Origin: an uncultured Thermoplasmata archaeon
GTDB taxonomy: Archaea; Thermoplasmatota; Thermoplasmata; Lutacidiplasmatales; UBA184
Direction: 5' to 3'
Assembly (NCBI GenBank): GCA_963730815.1
Contig: CAVSTD010000011.1
Coordinates: 41,168 to 105,167, forward strand
Length of the DNA stretch: 64,000 bases
The notes beneath the pieces are model-generated. The model worked only from the letters and a program-made list of their open reading frames with translations, was not told the origin of the DNA and did not search any database. Both the position numbers and the translations under genes were made by a program. This document shows, piece after piece, positions 29,033 through 38,162 of the stretch; within the stretch, counting starts at the first letter, position 1, and each line of letters starts with the position of its first letter.

Positions 29033-30709
29033 TCAGTCTTCGCCGAAATCGCCGCCGCCCATTCCGCCCATGCCGCCCATCCCACCCATGCCGCCGCCAC
29101 CGCCGCCCGGGCCGCCGGAGGGGGGCGGGCTCGACTTCGAAGCGATGACGTCGTCGATCCGCAGGATCATGACCGCGGCGTCAGTCGCGCTCTCGATCGC
29201 CTGGCGTCCGACACGGATCGGCTCGATGACGTGGAGCTCGCCCATGTCCACGGTCTTGCCCGTGGTGAGGTTGACTCCGGCTCGCGTCTGGCCGCCCTTG
29301 TGGGCCTTGCGCAGTTCAATCAGCATGTCGATCGGGTCGAGTCCCGCGTTCTCGGCGAGGGTCCTCGGGATCGTCTCGAGTGCGTCGGCAAAGCTCTCGA
29401 AGGCGATCTGTTCCCGTCCGCCAATCTTGGCGGCGTGGTCCCGCAGACGCATCGCTAGCTCTTCGGCGGTCGCTCCGCCGCCGAAGACGTAACGACCGTC
29501 TTCCACCGCGACCGCGACCACGTTGAGCGCGTCATCGAGAGATCGTTCGATCTCGTCGATCACGTGCTCGGTCCCGCCGCGGATGAGGATCGAGACGGCT
29601 TTTGCCTTCTTGGCGCCGGTGACGAACGTCAGGGAATCCTCCCCGATCTTCCGCTCCTCGACCATGCCCGCGTGCCCGACGTCCTCGGGGGTGAGCTCGC
29701 TGACCTTGGAGACGATGTTCGCCCCGGTCGCCTTCGCGAGCTTCTCCATGTCGGATTTCTTCACGCGCCGAACGGCGTAGATCCCTTCCTTCGCGAGGAA
29801 GTGCTGAGCCAGGTCGTCGATCCCCTTCTGGCAGAGCACCACGTTCGCGCCGGACTTCTTGACCTGCTCGACCATCCGTCGGAGCATGTTCTCCTCCTCC
29901 TGGAGGAACGCGTTCAACTGAGAGGGGTCGTTGATCTCGATCTTAGCGTCGATCTCGGTCTTCTTGATCTCGAGCGCTGCGTCGAGGAGCGCAATCTTGG
30001 GATTCTCGACTCGGGTCGGCATCCCCGAGTGGACCTTCTCCTTGTCGACGATGACCCCCTCGATGAGCTGAGTGTCGGACATGGACCCGCCCTGCTTCTT
30101 GATGAGTTGGATGTTGTCGAGGTCGACGTCGAAACCACCCCCCGTCTTCGGCTGAGCGACGGCCGTCACGGCCTTCACGGCGATCTCGCCCATGTGGTCG
30201 CGGTCGAAGGAAACCGACTTCGAGGCCATGGAAGTCACCGCGATTCGGGTGAGCAGCTCGTGGTCGTTGATCGTGACCGGCTGGCTGACTTCTTGGAGGA
30301 CTTCGAGCGCCTTCTGAGAAGCCAGACGGAATCCCTGCGAGATGATCGTCGGGTGGATGTTCTGGTCGATGAGGCCCTCGGCTCGCTTCAGGAGCTCGCC
30401 CGCGAGGACCACCGCGGTGGTCGTTCCGTCCCCGGCTTCCTGGTCCTGGGTCTTCGCGACCTCGACCAGCATCTTCGCCGCGGGATGGTCGACGTCCATC
30501 TCCTTGAGAATAGTGACCCCGTCATTGGTGACGACGACGTCGCCCATGGAGTCGACCAGCATCTTGTCGAGACCGCGCGGGCCGAGCGTCGACCGCACGG
30601 CGTCCGCGATCGCCTTCGCGGCGGCGATGTTGTTGCCGAGGGCACTCTTGCCCTTCTCGCGCTTCGTTCCTTCTCGTAGCACCAGGATTGGTGTCTGTCC
30701 CGTCAGCAT
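29033..30709 (-). CDS. Thermosome subunit (group II chaperonin)
   Basis: [39 protein letters not shown] tail. Confidence 0.97.
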   Translation of the reverse strand: MLTGQTPILVLREGTKREKGKSALGNNIAAAKAIADAVRSTLGPRGLDKMLVDSMGDVVVTNDGVTILKEMDVDHPAAKMLVEVAKTQDQEAGDGTTTAVVLAGELLKRAEGLIDQNIHPTIISQGFRLASQKALEVLQEVSQPVTINDHELLTRIAVTSMASKSVSFDRDHMGEIAVKAVTAVAQPKTGGGFDVDLDNIQLIKKQGGSMSDTQLIEGVIVDKEKVHSGMPTRVENPKIALLDAALEIKKTEIDAKIEINDPSQLNAFLQEEENMLRRMVEQVKKSGANVVLCQKGIDDLAQHFLAKEGIYAVRRVKKSDMEKLAKATGANIVSKVSELTPEDVGHAGMVEERKIGEDSLTFVTGAKKAKAVSILIRGGTEHVIDEIERSLDDALNVVAVAVEDGRYVFGGGATAEELAMRLRDHAAKIGGREQIAFESFADALETIPRTLAENAGLDPIDMLIELRKAHKGGQTRAGVNLTTGKTVDMGELHVIEPIRVGRQAIESATDAAVMILRIDDVIASKSSPPPSGGPGGGGGGMGGMGGMGGMGGGDFGED

Positions 30710-30863
30710 CGTTCTTCCCTCCGAGATTACTCTCGGCTGTCGAGTTTGGTAGAAAAGCGGTTCTATTTAAAACAATCCACTCGCTCCGATAGTGCGGATG
30801 GGCGCGGCCGTCTCGTCCGCCGCGTACTTATGCCCGGTGTTCTCCCCTCGGTGGCTTCCGAAC

Positions 30864-32189
30864 ATGGATCCACCGGTCCCCTCTCGCAGCGTCTATCGAC
30901 GCCTGCTGACCAACCCGGCGTACGCCCGAGTTTTCTTCGCGGGACTCGGGTCGACCGCCGGTTCCGCGATCGCGTCGGTCTGCCTCGTCTGGATTGTGTT
31001 CGTCGATACGGGGTCGCCGCTCGATGTAGGTCTCCTCGGGACGGCCGGACTCGTCGCCGGAATTCTCTTCGCCGTTTTCGGGGGCACGCTTGTCGACCGA
31101 TACGACCGTCGGCGTCTCATGATCAGCGCGGACGTGGCGCGAGCGCTCGCGATGAGCGGAGTCGTGATCGTCCTTGCGTGGCACGGATTCGAGCTGGTGA
31201 CGATCCTCGCAGCGTACTTTGTCGTCGGGGCGTTCAGCACGATCTTCAACCCGGCCGAACAAGCGATTATCCCGGCGTTGGTCGACCACCCGCTCGTCGC
31301 GGACGCGAACGGCCTGGTCCGCTCGAGTCGTTCGGCCCTTTCGTTCGTGGGAGTTTCGATAGGGGGCGTCCTGATTGTGAGTCTCGGAGCAGAGTGGGGG
31401 CTCGTAGCGAACGCGGCCACGTTCGCCCTCTCGGCTCTCCTCCTTTTCGGCATGACCATTCGCCCCGCGGCCGAGGCGGAGAAGCGTCCTAAATCGAGCT
31501 ACCTCGCCGACGTGCGCGAAGGATTTCGCTGGCTGGGGAAGGCGACGGGGTTTCTCGAACTGACCATCTCGGCGACGTTCTTCAACTTCTGCTATAACTT
31601 GGTGGCGACGTTCATTGTAGTATTCGTTACGATACTGCTCCATGGGTCGGCGCTCACGTTCGCCCTGCTCCTCGCCTTGGAAGTGGCGGGAACCGGGATC
31701 GGTTCCCTGCTCGTAAGTCGGTTGCGGGCGGTCCGGCACGCGGGGCGGGCGTGGACCATCGGGGCCGGTGCCGCCTCGGGGGTAATGGCCCTCCTCCTCG
31801 CACTGTTTCCCTCGGTCCCCGCGGCGGCCATCGGCCTCTTCGCGATCGGACTCTTTTCGGGGTTCGCGGGGACCGCGTGGTTGACCGCGGCCCAGCTTCT
31901 TGTGCCGACCGAGATGCAGGGCCGTTACTTCGGGATCGACGCCCTCGGGAGCATCGCCATCATTCCGGCAGCGCAGATCGGCGGGGCGCTCCTGATCGAG
32001 GGCTACGGGGTCCAGGCGACTTACGTCGGAACGGCAGTTCTCTGGGTCGCGGCCGGATTAATCTTTCTCATTCCGAAGGCACTCGCCACCCTCGGTTACC
32101 CCCCGCGCACGGTCCCGGCGGTCACTCTCCGTAGCGACGGCGCCGTAGCTGGTACGAGCGGATCGCCCGAAGGAAGTCGACCTTCGTGA
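30864..32189 (+). CDS. MFS transporter
   Basis: GTLVDRYDRRRLM motif A, about 12 hydrophobic segments, VPTEMQGR. Confidence 0.88.
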   Translation: MDPPVPSRSVYRRLLTNPAYARVFFAGLGSTAGSAIASVCLVWIVFVDTGSPLDVGLLGTAGLVAGILFAVFGGTLVDRYDRRRLMISADVARALAMSGVVIVLAWHGFELVTILAAYFVVGAFSTIFNPAEQAIIPALVDHPLVADANGLVRSSRSALSFVGVSIGGVLIVSLGAEWGLVANAATFALSALLLFGMTIRPAAEAEKRPKSSYLADVREGFRWLGKATGFLELTISATFFNFCYNLVATFIVVFVTILLHGSALTFALLLALEVAGTGIGSLLVSRLRAVRHAGRAWTIGAGAASGVMALLLALFPSVPAAAIGLFAIGLFSGFAGTAWLTAAQLLVPTEMQGRYFGIDALGSIAIIPAAQIGGALLIEGYGVQATYVGTAVLWVAAGLIFLIPKALATLGYPPRTVPAVTLRSDGAVAGTSGSPEGSRPS

Positions 32190-32937
32190 GGCCGGGCCAG
32201 AGAACGTCCGAAAAGTAGAGCTCGCTGTAGGCGGCCTGCCAGAGCAGGAAGTTCGAGATCCGTTCCTCTCCGCTCGTACGGAAGATGAGGTCGGGGTCCG
32301 GAAGGTCGGCGGTGTAGAGACGGCGAGATACCGCCTCCGAATCGATCTGCTCAGGGGTGATTCGTCCGTCCCGGACTTCCCGGGCGAGGATCCGTATCGC
32401 TTCGACGATCTCGTCGCGGCCGCCGTAGGCGAGGGCCACATTGAACCGGTAGCGCGAGTACTTGGCCGTAGCCTTCTCCGCCACGTCGATGGCGTCCTGG
32501 ACCCGCTGCGGGAGGAGCAGCCGGTTCCCGATCACGCGGACCCGGATCTCATGGCGATGGACCCGCTCGTCGACCGCGATGTCGCGCAGCGCTTTCTCGT
32601 AGAGGTCCATCAGCGCCTCGAGCTCCTCCGGAGAGCGGGAGAAGTTCTCGGTGGAGAGGGCGTAGATCGTCAGAATGTTGACGCCGACCTCGAGGCACCA
32701 GTCGAGCAAGAGTTCCGCCGTGTCGCGGCCCTTCGCGTGCCCTTTCGATACGTCGAGCCCCTGGGCGGCGGCGAATCGACGGTTGCCATCCATGATGATC
32801 GCGAGGTGATTCGGTACCGGCTCCGAACGGACCAGTTCGAGCAGCCGCTTCTCGGTGAGGTCACGGATCGCGTCGCCGACCGCGTGCGAGAGGTAGGGAG
32901 ACGAACGGCCTCCTTTGGGGGGTTTGGCGTCGGCCAC
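32122..32937 (-). CDS. uppS: cis-Polyprenyl diphosphate synthase
   Basis: HLAIIMDGNRR, YALSTENFSR, YGGRDEI, RTSGEERISNFLLWQ. Confidence 0.95.
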   Translation of the reverse strand: MADAKPPKGGRSSPYLSHAVGDAIRDLTEKRLLELVRSEPVPNHLAIIMDGNRRFAAAQGLDVSKGHAKGRDTAELLLDWCLEVGVNILTIYALSTENFSRSPEELEALMDLYEKALRDIAVDERVHRHEIRVRVIGNRLLLPQRVQDAIDVAEKATAKYSRYRFNVALAYGGRDEIVEAIRILAREVRDGRITPEQIDSEAVSRRLYTADLPDPDLIFRTSGEERISNFLLWQAAYSELYFSDVLWPGLTKVDFLRAIRSYQLRRRRYGE

Positions 32938-33022
32938 GGAAGCATGAGACCGTGACCGAGGATAAGCGGTGGGGGGTGTGGGACGAAAGGCCCCGGGCCC
33001 GTGGTCGGCCCGGGGCGGGGAG

Positions 33023-33128
33023 CGCCCTGGTCGGGAGTTCCGGTCCGGGGGCGTTGGACCCCCAGCTCCTTCGAACCCGAGTCGCAGGCTCGACAGACCT
33101 ACATCCTAGACCACTAGACTACCAGGGC
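33023..33128 (-). tRNA. tRNA-Asp(GTC) with a 33-nt intron (33037-33069) at position 59/60 in the T-loop
   Basis: Reverse complement: GCCCTGGTAGTCTAGTGGTCTAGGATGTAGGTCTGTCGAGCCTGCGACTCGGGTTCGAA[GGAGC...GGAAC]TCCCGACCAGGGCG. Removing the insert gives a 73-nt cloverleaf with T-loop TTCGAAT and discriminator G. Confidence 0.94.
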
Positions 33129-33378
33129 AACCCCGAGGCGCTAACCGCTCCCCGCTATGAATGTTGCTCCGAGGGCCGCTCGGCCGGGTAGGGAGGGACC
33201 GCACGCGCCGGGGGGGGAATTCTTCGCTCGGTAGGAAGCACGCGCAGGCCCGTGCGGGCGTGCGCGCGCGCGTTCGGCCGGGAAGAGTCTCGGGCTCCGG
33301 TCGACCTCCTCTGCGAGTCGAGGTCCCGGTTTATGTAGCGCGAGCGAGATTTTTCTCCTCTACCGACGAGGGACAACC

Positions 33379-33531
33379 ATGACCGCAGTAACCAGCTGGA
33401 CTCTCTCCGTTCTGGGCGTATTGGCCCTGGTCCTATTCCTGAATCAACTCGGGGTCGCCGTGACCGCGGACATCGGCACGGTGCTCCGAGGGACCGAACA
33501 CTTTCTCGCGCAGCCGCTGCTATTCGGTTAG
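33379..33531 (+). CDS. Small membrane protein (50 aa; not in the ORF track)
   Basis: TTTATGTA box ~33330, GAGGGA SD, then MTAVTSWTLSVLGVLALVLFLNQLGVAVTADIGTVLRGTEHFLAQPLLFG*. Confidence 0.65.
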   Translation: MTAVTSWTLSVLGVLALVLFLNQLGVAVTADIGTVLRGTEHFLAQPLLFG

Positions 33532-34545
33532 GCGACGGCGGGCGGCTGCGGCGGAGCGGACGGCTCGTTGTCCGAGCATCGCCGCAAGATCCTTCGGTCG
33601 GACCACACCACCGGGCGTGACGAACGCGGTCACATACCTCGCCGGGGTTACGTCGAAGGCCGGGTTCCGCGCCCGGCTCGACTTCGGAGCAAGCCGACGG
33701 CCGCTGAGCTCGAGGACTTCCGCCTCCGATCGCTCCTCAACCGGGATCGATCGGCCGTCCCGACACAGCACGTCGAAGGTGCTCCACGGGGCGGCGACGT
33801 AGAAGGGGATGCGGTTTTCGCGGGCCACCACGGCCTTTTCGTACGTTCCGACCTTGTTCGCAAAGTCGCCGTTGCGGGCGATCCGGTCCGCGCCCACGAT
33901 TACCGCATCGACCTGGCCGGTCCGCATGAACGGACCCGCGGCATTGTCCACGATCACGGCATGCGGGATCTTCTCGCGAACCAGCTCCCACGCCGTGAGG
34001 CGGGACCCCTGGAGCAGCGGGCGGGTTTCGTCGACCCACACGAACAAGTCCGCACCCCGAGCGCGAGCGACCCGGATCGGGGCGAGCGCGGTCCCCCACT
34101 CGACCGTTGCGAGCGCACCTGCGTTGCAATGCGTGAGGACGCGGTGGGCCTTCGCGAAGAGCGGCGCGCCGGCGATGCCGATTTGATGGCATTCCTCGAC
34201 GATCGCCCTTCGGTACCGGTGAGCCGCTGCGAGCGGGTCACGCCCGGCGGCCCACGCTGCGCGAACGGTCTCGATCCCGACGAACAGGTCGTGGGCCGTC
34301 GGTCGGGTGGCTCGCAGCAATTTCGCGGCCCGTTCGGGAGTGTACTTCCCCTCATTGCGGGCGAGGACCATTCCGTAGGCCGCCGCGGCCCCGATCGCGG
34401 GGGCTCCCCGAACGACCATCGTCCGAATCGCACCGGCCACCTCCCGAACGTGTCGGAGGTGGCGGGTCACCTGCCGGTTCGGGAGCAGGCGCTGGTCGAT
34501 GAGATGAAGGGTCCCGTGGGAGAACCAGAGCGCTCGGACTGCCAT
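33520..34545 (-). CDS. mtnA: S-methyl-5-thioribose-1-phosphate isomerase (eIF2B-like family)
   Basis: IDQRLLP, MVVRGAPAIG, TRPTA, LTHCNAGALAT, DETRPLLQG, ANKVGTY, NPAFDVTP. Confidence 0.92.
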   Translation of the reverse strand: MAVRALWFSHGTLHLIDQRLLPNRQVTRHLRHVREVAGAIRTMVVRGAPAIGAAAAYGMVLARNEGKYTPERAAKLLRATRPTAHDLFVGIETVRAAWAAGRDPLAAAHRYRRAIVEECHQIGIAGAPLFAKAHRVLTHCNAGALATVEWGTALAPIRVARARGADLFVWVDETRPLLQGSRLTAWELVREKIPHAVIVDNAAGPFMRTGQVDAVIVGADRIARNGDFANKVGTYEKAVVARENRIPFYVAAPWSTFDVLCRDGRSIPVEERSEAEVLELSGRRLAPKSSRARNPAFDVTPARYVTAFVTPGGVVRPKDLAAMLGQRAVRSAAAARRRLTE

Positions 34546-34554
34546 CGGCTCTCC

Positions 34555-35577
34555 CTAGGCGTCGAAGGTATGCAGCAAGTCCAGCCAGTCCGAGGTTACG
34601 GTCTTCGGTGTCCCGACCGCTTCCTCGAGCGGAATCCCGGTCACGGACGACCCTCGAAGCACGGCGACCTCTCCGAATCGGCCCGCGATCGCGAGGTCGA
34701 CCGCGTAGGCTCCGAGACGGGTGGCGAGGATTCTATCGAATAGCACCGCTGGCCCCCCTCGCTGAATGTGGCCGATTTGAGCGCTTCGCGATTCGACCCC
34801 GGTTCCTTCCTGGATGCGTCGAGCGAGCTCGACCCCGACCTCGCGCTCCCGAAGGAGCTCGTGGCCGAACTCATCCTTGGCCCCGGCCGCACCGCGGCGG
34901 GGCCCGAGGTCGATCCCCTCGCTCGCCACGACGAGAGCGTACCCCCGCGCGGCGACCGCGGCGCGCACATGTTTCAGCAGGGCCGCTTCGTCGTAGGGTT
35001 CTTCCGGTACCAGCGTCACATCGGCCCCTCCCGCGAGGCCGGTCGCGAGCGCCACCCACCCCGCGTGACGACCCATGACCTCGAGGACGATGGCGCGATG
35101 GTGGCTCCCGGCGGTGTCGCGAAGACGTTCGAGGGCGTCCACGGCGACCGCCGAGGCCGAATAGAAGCCGAACGTCCAATCGGTGCCCGCGACGTCGTTG
35201 TCCATCGTTTTCGGGACCCCGACGACGTGCCCGCCCCGACGATGCAGCTCGCGAGCCGCCGAGAGTGTATCGTCCCCCCCGATCGCGACCAGCGCGTCCA
35301 ATCGATGCCGAGCCAGGGTCGCCGCGAGCCGCGTCGCGTCCGCCTCCTCGGCGAACGGATTGGTTCGCGAGCTGCCCAGGATCGTGCCGCCCTTCCCGAG
35401 GATGTCCGCGACATCGGCGAGGGTGAGCGCTCGGCTCTGGTCGTCCCGAACGCCCTTCCACCCGTCCAAGAACCCGACCGTCTCGTGGCCGAACTTGGCG
35501 GCGCGACGGACGACGGCCCGGATCGCGGGGTTTAGACCGGGGCAATCCCCTCCACCGGTAAGGACGCCGAACTTCAC
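34555..35577 (-). CDS. pfkA: PfkA-family 6-phosphofructokinase (PPi-type signature)
   Basis: GTG start; LTGGGDCPGLN, GGTILGSSR, IGGDDT, PKTMDND, EVMGRHAGW, GHIQRGG. Confidence 0.92.
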   Translation of the reverse strand: MKFGVLTGGGDCPGLNPAIRAVVRRAAKFGHETVGFLDGWKGVRDDQSRALTLADVADILGKGGTILGSSRTNPFAEEADATRLAATLARHRLDALVAIGGDDTLSAARELHRRGGHVVGVPKTMDNDVAGTDWTFGFYSASAVAVDALERLRDTAGSHHRAIVLEVMGRHAGWVALATGLAGGADVTLVPEEPYDEAALLKHVRAAVAARGYALVVASEGIDLGPRRGAAGAKDEFGHELLREREVGVELARRIQEGTGVESRSAQIGHIQRGGPAVLFDRILATRLGAYAVDLAIAGRFGEVAVLRGSSVTGIPLEEAVGTPKTVTSDWLDLLHTFDA

Positions 35578-36680
35578 GCCGAGACCTCGAGATACGAGCG
35601 GGGCGTGGTCGAAAGGAACTCGAAGCCCGTTTTCGTCACCACGACGTCGTCCTCGATCCGGACCCCGCCCTTCCCCGGGAGGTAAATGCCCGGCTCGACC
35701 GTGAACGCCATTCCTTCCTGGATCGGGTCCGCCACCTTGGGGCCGTACCCCCAACCGTCGTGCACTGCGAGTCCGATCGAGTGGCCGACCCCGTGGGTCA
35801 AGCGTCCCTTCCAAGCGGAGGCGTTGATGACGGCCTCCGCGGCCAGGTGGATCTCTCGGGCCGGAACCCCGGGCCGAATCTTCGCGAGCGCGGCGCTCTG
35901 GGCCGCCTCGACCGTCTCGTGGACGGCCTTCATCTCCGGGTCGAGAGGGCCGAAGTGGAACGACCGGGTGATATCGCTCGCATAGCGTCGGTGGAGCGCG
36001 CCGTAGTCGCATACGATCGACTGTCCCGGCTTGAGCCGGGTCTCCGCCGGCTCGTAGTGCGGTTCTGCGCCGTGGGGGCCGAACGCGACGATCGTAGCGA
36101 AGGACCGTCCGCTGGCCCCGTGGAGATTCATCCGATGCTCCATTTCCGCGGCGAGCTCGAGCTCCGTGATTCCGGTCTTGAGGAGCGACGGGATCTCGCG
36201 TCCCACGTCCGAGCCGATTCGGGCGGCGGTCCGCAGCCGCTCGATCTCGGCCGGCTCCTTCAGCAAGCGGGTATTGCGGATCGCGGACGACGCATCCACC
36301 CATCGGGTTCCGGGTACCGCCTTGTCGAGGCGCACGAACCATTCGTGGGTGAGCTCCGTGAAGTTCAGTCCCACCGTCTGGGCGCCTTGGAGCGTCTTTT
36401 TGATCAGCGGGTCGGACTCGTCCCGGTCGACGACGTGAACGTGGACGTGCGGGTCGTTCTTCGCCGCGTGTAACGCGGTTTCCGCCTCGAGGGGAGAGCT
36501 CAGGACGTCGAGCTGCCCGTCCGGATGGGCGATGGCCACCGACTTTTCGAAGAGCCCCGCCGGCACGTCGAACAGATAGAAGAACGATAGGTCGAGGTGC
36601 GGCTCGGTGGCGTTCGCGAGGAGGAGCGCGTCGGGCGCCGGGTCGAGCCGACGGAACACGTTCTGAACGCGGGTCTTCAT
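35574..36680 (-). CDS. Xaa-Pro aminopeptidase/prolidase (M24B)
   Basis: PHY, D.GA...YASDITR, HGVGHSIGLAVHD, TVEPGIY, GGVRIEDD. Confidence 0.92.
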   Translation of the reverse strand: MKTRVQNVFRRLDPAPDALLLANATEPHLDLSFFYLFDVPAGLFEKSVAIAHPDGQLDVLSSPLEAETALHAAKNDPHVHVHVVDRDESDPLIKKTLQGAQTVGLNFTELTHEWFVRLDKAVPGTRWVDASSAIRNTRLLKEPAEIERLRTAARIGSDVGREIPSLLKTGITELELAAEMEHRMNLHGASGRSFATIVAFGPHGAEPHYEPAETRLKPGQSIVCDYGALHRRYASDITRSFHFGPLDPEMKAVHETVEAAQSAALAKIRPGVPAREIHLAAEAVINASAWKGRLTHGVGHSIGLAVHDGWGYGPKVADPIQEGMAFTVEPGIYLPGKGGVRIEDDVVVTKTGFEFLSTTPRSYLEVSA

Positions 36681-36695
36681 CGGCCGGCCCAGCCG

Positions 36696-38162
36696 CTAGG
36701 GGGTTTCAGCTTTTTCGCTCGCGGCGCGAAGGTCCTTCCACGAGAGCAGCGGTTCGCGGGCCGCCCGGACCTCGTCGACGCGGGTCACCGACAAGGAGCG
36801 GGGCGCCGCGTGCAGGTTTTCGGGGGTATCCGCGAGAGCGCGTTCGAACGCCGCGATGTACCCGTCGAGCTCGCGCTTGCTCTCGGTCTCGGGGAGCTCG
36901 ATCATAAGCGATTCCTCGACGAGCGAGGGGAAGTAGACGGTCGGTGCGTGAACGCCTTCGTCGAGGAGGCGCTTTGCGAGGTCGAGAGTGCGCACGCCGC
37001 GCTCCTTGAGCGGAGCTCCGGAGAGGACGAACTCGTGCTTGACGAGCGGACGGAACGGACGGGGGAGATGCTTTCCAAGCCGGGAAGCGACGTAGTTCGA
37101 ATTCAGCACCGCCCGCCGAGAGATGTGCTTCAGTCCTTCCTCCCCGTGCGAGAGAATGAAGGCGTAGGCCCGCAGGTCAAGCCCGAAGTTCCCATACGCC
37201 GTCTTGATCTTGCCGATCGATTTCGGTCGGTCGTAGTCGAGCCGGAATCTTCGTCCTTCCTTGACGATCCGGGGAACGGGCAGGTAGGGCCCGAGCTTGT
37301 CGTTCGCGGCAAGGACCCCCGCTCCGGGTCCACCTCCCCCATGAGGGGTGGCGAACGTCTTGTGCAAGTTCAGGTGGGCCACGTCGAACCCCATGCGACC
37401 CGGATGGGTGACCCCGAGAATCGCATTGAGATTCGCCCCGTCGTAGTAGAGCATCGCTCCCGAGGCGTGGACGGTCTCGGCGATCTCGAGGATCTCGCTC
37501 TCGAAGAGACCGGCGGTATTCGGGTTCGTGAGCATGAAGCAGGCGGTCTTCTTGGACACGGCTCGACCCAGTTCCTGGACGTCGACGCATCCATCCTTCG
37601 AGGGAATCTCCCGCGTGGCGAATCCCGCCATCGCCGCGGAGGCCGGGTTGGTCCCGTGGGCCGTGTCGGGCAGGAGCACTTCGGTTCGTTCGGCGAGCTC
37701 ACCGAGGTCGCGGAAGTACGCCCGTACCATCAGCATCGCCGCGTATTCCCCGTGGGCGCCCGCCGCCGGCTGCAGCGACACCTCGGGAAGTCCGGTGACG
37801 CGCGAAAGGATCCGTTCGAGGCGCCAAAAGACCTCGAGGGAACCCTGGACGGTCGCTTCGGGCTGGTACGGATGGACCTCGGCGGCGCCCTTGCGACGGG
37901 CCAGGACTTCGGAGACTTTCGGGTTGTACTTCATCGTGCACGAGCCGAGCGGGTACGGCGCCGTGTCGATCCCGAAGTTCATCTGGGAAAGTCGGGTATA
38001 GTGACGGACGACCTCGAGCTCCGAGAGCTCGGGCCACTGGACCGCGTGTTTGCGCCGGAGCTTTTCCGGGATCCCCGAGATCTGAGGCGGCGCCTCCGAG
38101 CTGCGCGGGGGCGCGAGGTCCCAGACCGAGGGTTCGTCCCAACGGGCCTGACGGAACGTCAT
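36696..38162 (-). CDS. gcvPB: Glycine dehydrogenase subunit 2
   Basis: YPLGSCTMKYNPK, QPAAGAHGE, AHGTNPASA, HLNLHKTF (PLP Lys), PHGGGGPG. Confidence 0.95.
   Translation of the reverse strand: MTFRQARWDEPSVWDLAPPRSSEAPPQISGIPEKLRRKHAVQWPELSELEVVRHYTRLSQMNFGIDTAPYPLGSCTMKYNPKVSEVLARRKGAAEVHPYQPEATVQGSLEVFWRLERILSRVTGLPEVSLQPAAGAHGEYAAMLMVRAYFRDLGELAERTEVLLPDTAHGTNPASAAMAGFATREIPSKDGCVDVQELGRAVSKKTACFMLTNPNTAGLFESEILEIAETVHASGAMLYYDGANLNAILGVTHPGRMGFDVAHLNLHKTFATPHGGGGPGAGVLAANDKLGPYLPVPRIVKEGRRFRLDYDRPKSIGKIKTAYGNFGLDLRAYAFILSHGEEGLKHISRRAVLNSNYVASRLGKHLPRPFRPLVKHEFVLSGAPLKERGVRTLDLAKRLLDEGVHAPTVYFPSLVEESLMIELPETESKRELDGYIAAFERALADTPENLHAAPRSLSVTRVDEVRAAREPLLSWKDLRAASEKAETP

Noticed and set aside
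29040..29130. Short tandem repeats (gccgcccat)
   Set aside because: They encode the ordinary GGM tail of the chaperonin.
32122..32189. 68-nt convergent overlap of the MFS gene and uppS
   Set aside because: Convergent overlaps are common throughout this window, and the MFS tail is low-complexity.
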